Source: Diplonema japonicum (Eukaryota; Protista; Euglenozoa: Diplonemea). Taken from it: a stretch of DNA of 64,000 nt. Shown here one piece after another: positions 57,114 to 64,000 of this stretch. Position 1 is the first letter of the stretch. Each line of letters opens with the position of its first letter. A program made the position numbers and the translations under genes. The stretch covers positions 62,001 through 126,000 of the forward strand of contig OZ025731.1 of assembly GCA_964019335.1 (NCBI GenBank), read 5' to 3'. The notes beneath the pieces were generated by a model, which saw nothing but the letters and a program-made list of their open reading frames with translations, was not told where the DNA came from and searched no databases.

Positions 57114-58541
57114 ATGCCACCCAAAGATGTAGCACCCCCTGAGACCGATAAATATGTAGTACTGGAAATGGTGGGAAAGGGCGCATACGGCGCAGTGCAC
57201 AAAGCAAGGAGAAAGATCGACGGCAAGATTCTTGCGGTGAAAGTGACAACTTCATCAACAGAGGAGACCCACACGAGACAGCTGAACGAAGTCAAGAACA
57301 TGCTCCACCTGCGACACCGCCACGTCGTCCGCTGCCTGGACTTCTTCGTGACAAAAAAAAAGAAGAGGCTCCTCACAGAATGGAGTCTGTACATAGTAAT
57401 GCCCCTCTATGAAGGCGACCTCGTGCGAACTATGGGAAACCACGGCAACGCCAACGAAAGATCAACTAAACTAATCCTTCAAATTGGAGAGGCACTGCGA
57501 TACCTTCACCAGCAAGCGGTTATACACCGCGACGTGAAACCTGAGAACATCTTAATAGATAATCACAACAATTTTGTGTTAGCAGACCTCGGAGTGGCCA
57601 AACACATCTCCGTTTCAAGCCCAAGCATGTCTTTAAGAGTGGGAACCTACGGGTATATTGCACCCGAACATTTCACCAAAAATCCAAACATCACAAACAA
57701 AGTAGACATGTGGGCTTTGGGCATGACAATAACACGGATTATACTCACGTGGGAGGAATGGATGCTCCTTGTCAAATACATGTTGAAGAACAAACGTGAA
57801 TTGGTGATTTCGACCCTCATCGAGAAAATGTCGGATCTCGGTCTTGAACCGGTAATCTCAAACATTGTAACAGGCCTGTTGAGGCCAGATCCTTCGGAAC
57901 GATTTTCCGCCGAAAAAGCCATTACATTGTGTGGGAAACCGATTTCTTTAAAACTCGTGGGTGGAGATTCGAATCTTGAGAAGTATATCGTGGTGCGTTC
58001 TGATGTGACGACCATCGAAGTCACGGCTGCCGCTAATGAAGCATTCAAAGAATTGAATTCACGCGTTGCGAGGGTAGAAATTCTGGACCCGGACTTTAAA
58101 AAGCACATACAGGCAAGCGAAGGAACGAAGTTCAACGACGGTGACGAGATCCATATTGTTTTTGATGTGAACAATAATTCCAAGACGGACTACACAAAAC
58201 CCGAGGCAGAGCAACAACTCCACTACGCGGCCGAACGAGGCGACATTGAAAAAATGATTCATTTCGTCAAAACCCACGGTGCCGACCCTCGTTCCGTGGA
58301 CACTAAGAAGCGTACACTGCTACACGTTGTTGCCGGGAAAGGCCATCTTTTCGCCTTGCAGTTCCTCATCAACACGTATGGTCTCGACCCGGGGGCTACC
58401 GATGACGACGGGAAAACCCCCCTTGTGGCCGCAGTATCCGGCAGCCATGTAAACGTTGTTCGATCCCTTGTGGAAGATTACAAGCAGAACCCCGCCGCAT
58501 CGCTTCTAAAAAACAGAAAGCTTATTCATTATGCCGTGTAG
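57114..58541 (+). CDS. Ser/Thr kinase + beta-grasp-like linker + ankyrin repeats (short or truncated paralog)
   Basis: GKGAYG, HRDVKPEN, DLG, APE; LHYAA/LHVVA/TPLVAA ankyrins; stops within a repeat. Confidence 0.85.
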   Translation: MPPKDVAPPETDKYVVLEMVGKGAYGAVHKARRKIDGKILAVKVTTSSTEETHTRQLNEVKNMLHLRHRHVVRCLDFFVTKKKKRLLTEWSLYIVMPLYEGDLVRTMGNHGNANERSTKLILQIGEALRYLHQQAVIHRDVKPENILIDNHNNFVLADLGVAKHISVSSPSMSLRVGTYGYIAPEHFTKNPNITNKVDMWALGMTITRIILTWEEWMLLVKYMLKNKRELVISTLIEKMSDLGLEPVISNIVTGLLRPDPSERFSAEKAITLCGKPISLKLVGGDSNLEKYIVVRSDVTTIEVTAAANEAFKELNSRVARVEILDPDFKKHIQASEGTKFNDGDEIHIVFDVNNNSKTDYTKPEAEQQLHYAAERGDIEKMIHFVKTHGADPRSVDTKKRTLLHVVAGKGHLFALQFLINTYGLDPGATDDDGKTPLVAAVSGSHVNVVRSLVEDYKQNPAASLLKNRKLIHYAV

Positions 58542-58768
58542 AATATATATATATATATTTTTTTTTTTGAATTTGTATTGGTTGTAATTCTAACCGCTAC
58601 ACCATGAACCGATGCTGGGAATGGGGGTAGGAAATCCCCCACCAAGGTCAGGTTGATCTTTCAACAGCGTCCAAGGATTCGATTTTTTTTTTTTTGAATT
58701 TTTTCCCTTAGCCGACATTAGGTGGCTTTTAAATGAACGTAGATATTATGGGGCCGTTTACTTTTTAA

Positions 58769-60454
58769 CCATCTACCAACGGACCATTTTTCACCAGGGG
58801 GTACGCCGGGGCTATATGCCCCCGGAAATGCCTCCAGATGTCCCAATTCTAGAGAGAGGGTGCCCACAGCAGGGCCCACCCCCACAACATTGTCAAAAAT
58901 ATCGTTCCTGAAGTGCTCGAGAGGGGTACAAAAAACAAGTCAAAAAAAATCGACTGTAAAATTCTATAAAAAGCTATTTAAGGCCTTCTTGACGCGGTTC
59001 GTACATGCCCCAGGGCTGGGGGACTTCTTTTTTGACCCCGAGAGGGGTTTCTGGGGGGTATCCCCGGCAAGGTGGTAGTCTTTGAAGCACGCAAAGTTGT
59101 ACCAAGCAGGCTGAACTCTGAAATAGGTGTCTTTTCGACTTGCAATGCTTGCACCCACGTTGCGCTACTTTTTCGGGGAAATGGTCCCAGAAGGTGCTGT
59201 CGCGTCGCATTGGGGCCTCAGGGCACTCGTTCTGTGTTTCGGGGCATGGTATTGGGGCAGCCTGCTCTGTGGCTGTTGTTTGGGCAGCCTCCCTAGTAGC
59301 CCTTCGATGACTGCCTCTTTGAGGCGTGAATCCACCGTCGTTCATACTCAGGGTGTTGGGGGGCAATGCTTCTTTCCAAACAAGCCGGGCATTTGCCAGA
59401 GATTTATCTAACAAGTACGAAAATACTTTCAGGGGCCACTTCAAGTCATAAGGGTGCGTTTATGGCGTTTTGTCACAGCGTCACCCAGCGTCGGTTCCGC
59501 CTCCGGCTTTCATTCTCTTTTGGCCGACACGCCAAATTTGACTTCACCAGAACATCCAACGTCGACAGAAAGCGTACAGGCTTGATGGCATGCCACGTTG
59601 TGGTGCAAAGGATGCTCACGTGCTGGTGGAACTGGGTGTCCCCACAGGATGCGCGTCCTTGGGCTTGCGGACTCGCTTCTTTGGGGCATCCGTGATCTCC
59701 GGGAGGCCTTTGCGATAGGTAGAAGTCAGCACGCTTGTTTGTTTCGCTGTGGAAACACAGATTTCCCAGAATAGTCAAAAAGCGGTCTCTTGACATGACG
59801 GTGGCGTACCCAGGGGTGCGCCAGTAGTCAGAATAATCTGGCTTGATATCCAAGTCCATCGACAAAAGGGCACCTAGGAAGGTATGCAGAGAAGCAGCAT
59901 CGAGATCCAGGGAAACACCTTTTTTAGCCACATTTGCCACATTGTTCGAAGTTATGACCCGAATAACGTTTGGGACGAGCATTTGGGAGAATATATGGTA
60001 TGGCGTTGAGCCTCCGATGTCAAAACAGGGTCCACAAGGATTCCGATCTTCACGAAACCTGGATGCCTTCCAACTGCTCCGGCTTTGCCGTCCAATCACC
60101 CTGCTGTGACTCGGAATCGGTCGAATTCGAATCAGAATCACTGTTCGTATCAAAATTGCATAATAGGGATGAGCAATCAGTGCTCAGTGCTACCATCACT
60201 CATAATGTCCTCTTCCGGCCTCTTTCTGGGTGCCCTTTTTCGAAGTGATTTTTAAGGGTAAATTTGGGCTGGCGTTTTTTTTTTTTATTTTTTCATTTTC
60301 TTGCAAAGTTAGGGCAGCATTTAGTTTATATTTTTCATATTTTCCGCGCAGGACCCCGGATGCGAGAAGTGGCCGGGCTGTATTGCATTGAAAGCCCTTT
60401 GCGCAAAAGATTTTTTTTCAAATCGTCTATATATAGACGCTCGTTGGTAGATTG
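58769..60454 (-). mobile_element. piggyBac-family element, internally deleted, copy 2 (inverted relative to copy 1)
   Basis: TTAA at 58765-58768 and 60455-60458; TIRs CCATCTACCAACG / CGTTGGTAGATTG; homologous to 30714-32509. Confidence 0.9.
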
Positions 60455-60839
60455 TTAAGTAGTCTCTTTTTTTCTTCTTTTTTTTTTCTCCCGTTCTTGT
60501 TGTTTCCCTTGTGTACAACGAGAATGGTTCACCCCTCGCCCCCCCTATTGTTTCTGAGAAGGGGGAAAGCGCAAGGGAAACAAAGACAGAACTGGGGGAA
60601 AAGAAAGGGGGGGGGGGGGGGAGGGAGAAGCTCCCATAACAATTCTATATCAAATGACAAAAAAAAGAAAAAAAAATTTAAACGAGACGAAAACCCTTCC
60701 CCCGGTTGAAATTCCTCTTTTTTTTTTCGAGCAAGGACCGAACGGACGAAACCTCATTAAAGAAAAATAATTTTTCTTTCCTTTTATTCCCCCCTTGCCC
60801 CCTTCTGAAGGCGAGTGTTCTTCACAGTTATGCGCTCCC

Positions 60840-63815
60840 ATGTCACTTACATCACTTCTTCGAGCTGGCTCTCATGACGAAAGCAGCTTTGACACCGGAG
60901 CAAGCCCTCAAGTACAAAACACCGCGCAAGAAACAGGCATCTTCTTCCGATCTCTCATAACTCCTGAAGAGGAATCAGGGAGCACTCAAGCAAGTGACTC
61001 ACCTGAAAACACATCCAATTCAGCTCGTAGCCAAGCACAAAACACCGCGTTGGAATCAGGCATCTTCTTCCGATCTCCCACAACCCCTGAAGAGGAATCA
61101 GAAGCCAGCACTCAAACAAGTGATATATTTAATTCAGCTCGTAACCAAGAACAAAACACCGCGCTGGAATCAGGCATCGTCTTCCGATCTCTCACCAAGT
61201 CAGCTCAAACCCCTAAAGAGGAATCAAGAGCAAGCACTCAAGCAAATGTCCCACCTGAAAACAAATCCAAATCAGCTCGTAGCCAAGTACAAGACACCGC
61301 GCAAGAAACAGGCATCTTCTTCCGATCTCTCACCAAGTCAGCTCAAACCCCTATTGAGGAATCAGGAGCAAGCACTCAAGCAAGTGTCCCACCTGAAAAC
61401 ATATCCAAATCAGCTCGTAGCCAAGTACAAGACACCGCGCAAGAAACAGGCATCTTCTTCCGATCTCCCACAACCCCTGAAGAGGAATCAGAAGCTAGCA
61501 CTGAAACAAGTGATATATTTAATTCAGCTCGTAACCAAGAACAAAACACCGCGTTGGAATCAGGCATCTTCCGATCTCTCACCAAGTCAGCTCAAAACTC
61601 TGAAGAGGAATCAGGAGCAAGCACTCAAGCAAGTGTCCCACCTGAAGACAAATCTAATTCAGCTCGTAGCCAAGTACAAAACGCCGCGCAAGAATCAGGC
61701 ATCTTCTTCCTATCTATCAGGTCAACCCAAACCTCTGAAGAGGTTACCGAAACACATGATTTGGAGAAGTACGAGGTATTAGGCACGATTGGGAGTGGCG
61801 CCTTCGGCATGGTGTACACAGTACGGAGGAAGATAGACGGGAAGCACTTCGCGATGAAAATCCAGGATGTTGCAGACGTAAAAGGCCAACTGCAAGAGGT
61901 GCAAAACATGATGTTCCTGCAGCATAGCAACATAGTCCCTTGCAATGACTACTTCCTCATTGCCAAGCGTGAGTTGAAAATTTCCACGCAAAAACTACAC
62001 ATTGTGATGCCCCTTTACACCGGCGATCTAAGCACACACTTGGCCGTAAATGGCCCGCTCAGATACAGCCAAGCTCTCAGGCTCCTCCGTAATATGGGAT
62101 CTGCCCTCGAGCACATCCACTCGCACAAATATGTCCACGGCGATTTCAAGCAGCACAACATTCTTATGAGCAGCGATGCGGGGTTTATGTTAGCAGACTT
62201 CGGTCTCTCAAAAAGTTGCAAGACAGGGAACCTAAGCGCTTTTGAGGGCACGCCATTCTTCATGGCGCCTGAGTACACCGACTTCTGCTACACCAACATG
62301 GTAGATATGTGGGCCCTCGGCGTGACAGTGTGCTGTGCTGTGCTCCAAGAATCGGACAGACAGATGATAATGAACCCCGAGAATAAAATAACACGCACGA
62401 GCGACCTTGCAATGCGCGAGTTGAAAGCAGCGCTTGAGGAGCTGCAGAACCCCATTCTCCGAACGCTTCCTCTACAACTTCTTTCATTGAACCCCTCAGA
62501 CCGGCCAACAGCGACACAAATACTGGAAATATGCGGGGAAGGACGGAAGGTCCCCCTCTTGGTACACGCAGTGTCCGGCGATGAGGTGGAGCGCAACGCG
62601 AAGATCATTATCGACGAAGGAGCGTGGGTGGATGAAATCCTGTGGGCTGCGGAGAAAGAATTCAAAGACATGGGAAAAGCGTGCGATGCTGAGGTACAAA
62701 ACAAGGATGGGGTGTATGTGAAGGCGGATGGTGCAACGGTGTTCGAGGACACAGCGGTGGTCCGTGTCACGTTCCGCATGAACAAAGAAAAGAACACCCC
62801 CCAAGGCAATCACAAGGCAGTCGGAAACCAACCTTCCAGCAACGACAGCAAGCGCGTTGCGACAATGAAATACCTTGTCGAAGAATGCAATCAAGACCCC
62901 TGTGCAAAAGACGCTGAGGGTTGGACCACACTGCACAGCGCAGCACAAAGCGGCCACCTCGACACCATGAAGTACCTAGTCGAAGACCAGAATATAGATC
63001 CGGGCATCGTACAAACCGACGGGAAAACACCACTACACACCGCAGTGGCTGCTGGAAGAATGGATGTTATAAAATACCTAGTCCACGAGAAGGGACAAGA
63101 CCCTGGTGTGAAAATGAAAGACGGCTTGACACCCATGCACTCAGCTGCGTCAAGCGGGCAGGAACAAGCAATGAAGTTCCTTTTAAGTGAAAAGCAAGAC
63201 CCAAGCGTTAAGAGGCCCCGCGACCACTGGTCCCCATTGCACGGAGCAGCGTCGAAAGGCCATCTCAAAATTCTTAAGATGTTGATTGAGGATCACAAGC
63301 AAGACCCGGGCACTGCTAGAAGCGACGGTTGGAGGCTATTGCACACCGCCGCGTACAACGGCCATATTCATGTCATGGAATATTTGATCTCGAAAGGGCA
63401 ATCCCCAGGTGTGAAGGACCACACTGGCAAAACCCCATTGCGAGCGGCGGCACTGACCGGGCAGCTGGATACTGTGAACTTCCTTATCGATGAACACGGG
63501 CAAAACCCAAATATTAAGGATAATAAAGGCTTCACGCCCCTCCATGTTGCAGCAAGCAATGGACACATTTCGACAATGAAGGCGCTCATCGAGACACACG
63601 GTGCGAACTGCTCTGCCACGACTAAAGACGGTTATCTGCCCCTGCACACTGCAGCTAAGTGGGGCCGGCCGATGGTTGTCAAGATGCTTGTTGATATATA
63701 CAACCAGAACCCACATACGAAAACGAAAACAGGGACCACCCCTCTTCAACTTGCCAAGAATGCAGAAACGGCACGCGTTATTAAAAATTACATGAATAAC
63801 TGGCCGATACCATAA
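60840..63815 (+). CDS. Repeat-N-terminus Ser/Thr kinase + beta-grasp-like linker + ~9 ankyrin repeats
   Basis: GSGAFG, HGDFKQHN, DFG, APE; repeated GxTPLHxAA; first in-frame ATG at 60840. Confidence 0.9.
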   Translation: MSLTSLLRAGSHDESSFDTGASPQVQNTAQETGIFFRSLITPEEESGSTQASDSPENTSNSARSQAQNTALESGIFFRSPTTPEEESEASTQTSDIFNSARNQEQNTALESGIVFRSLTKSAQTPKEESRASTQANVPPENKSKSARSQVQDTAQETGIFFRSLTKSAQTPIEESGASTQASVPPENISKSARSQVQDTAQETGIFFRSPTTPEEESEASTETSDIFNSARNQEQNTALESGIFRSLTKSAQNSEEESGASTQASVPPEDKSNSARSQVQNAAQESGIFFLSIRSTQTSEEVTETHDLEKYEVLGTIGSGAFGMVYTVRRKIDGKHFAMKIQDVADVKGQLQEVQNMMFLQHSNIVPCNDYFLIAKRELKISTQKLHIVMPLYTGDLSTHLAVNGPLRYSQALRLLRNMGSALEHIHSHKYVHGDFKQHNILMSSDAGFMLADFGLSKSCKTGNLSAFEGTPFFMAPEYTDFCYTNMVDMWALGVTVCCAVLQESDRQMIMNPENKITRTSDLAMRELKAALEELQNPILRTLPLQLLSLNPSDRPTATQILEICGEGRKVPLLVHAVSGDEVERNAKIIIDEGAWVDEILWAAEKEFKDMGKACDAEVQNKDGVYVKADGATVFEDTAVVRVTFRMNKEKNTPQGNHKAVGNQPSSNDSKRVATMKYLVEECNQDPCAKDAEGWTTLHSAAQSGHLDTMKYLVEDQNIDPGIVQTDGKTPLHTAVAAGRMDVIKYLVHEKGQDPGVKMKDGLTPMHSAASSGQEQAMKFLLSEKQDPSVKRPRDHWSPLHGAASKGHLKILKMLIEDHKQDPGTARSDGWRLLHTAAYNGHIHVMEYLISKGQSPGVKDHTGKTPLRAAALTGQLDTVNFLIDEHGQNPNIKDNKGFTPLHVAASNGHISTMKALIETHGANCSATTKDGYLPLHTAAKWGRPMVVKMLVDIYNQNPHTKTKTGTTPLQLAKNAETARVIKNYMNNWPIP
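60909..61740 (+). repeat. Coding minisatellite, 7 units of ~114-138 nt
   Basis: CAAGxACAAxACACCGCG...GGCATC recurs at ~60909, 61032, 61146, 61284, 61422, 61536, 61672. Confidence 0.9.
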
Positions 63816-64000
63816 AAAGAAATCTGGTGGTGAGCCTCTTCCCGCCCCCCCCTCCCCCCCCCTTACAAATGTGATTTTTTCTTTTTTTTTTTACCCTTTA
63901 CTTCAAGACTCGGGTGTGTGTTGCTCGTCGATGTGGATTTTCTGAGTCTGTTCTCTTTGTCCCCGCCCCCGCCCCCCGCCCCGCAAAAAAAAAGGAGACA

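Noticed and set aside
58536-60960. Long intron spanning the piggyBac and joining kinase 1 to an ankyrin-looking peptide at ~60828
   Set aside because: The resemblance is weak and the peptide overlaps the start of kinase 2 in another frame; needs RNA evidence.
60994-61782. 262-aa overlapping ORF in a second frame
   Set aside because: Explained by the stop-poor repeat unit; no ATG start or independent signal.

Overview
Eukaryotic genomic DNA, most likely a euglenozoan protist of diplonemid type. This is an inference: every credible protein gene is on the + strand with short spacers, there are clustered C/D snoRNAs and single-hairpin AGA-box snoRNAs, and the GT-AG introns are short. About 21 protein genes are supported, including a sulfotransferase, an acyl-CoA ligase, a VASt-type lipid-transfer protein, a Sel1/SPRY-like protein, a giant EGF/IPT membrane protein, a GT4 glycosyltransferase, two nucleotide-sugar transporters, a K-channel-like protein, a divergent alpha-tubulin, Spt6, Ubc9 and two kinase-ankyrin proteins. 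Several need introns that the ORF track misses. The region 26.9-39.7 kb holds a multi-copy snoRNA array interleaved with protein genes. Its rRNA targets can be read directly, and one paralog pair has shifted its predicted methylation site by 2 nt. Mobile DNA includes two inverted deleted piggyBac copies, a piggyBac-ended element carrying a host gene fragment, Crypton-like tyrosine-recombinase remnants, and pogo and non-LTR fragments. There is also an orphan 5S rRNA gene. Homopolymer lengths may be sequencing artefacts, and all intron and RNA calls are manual.
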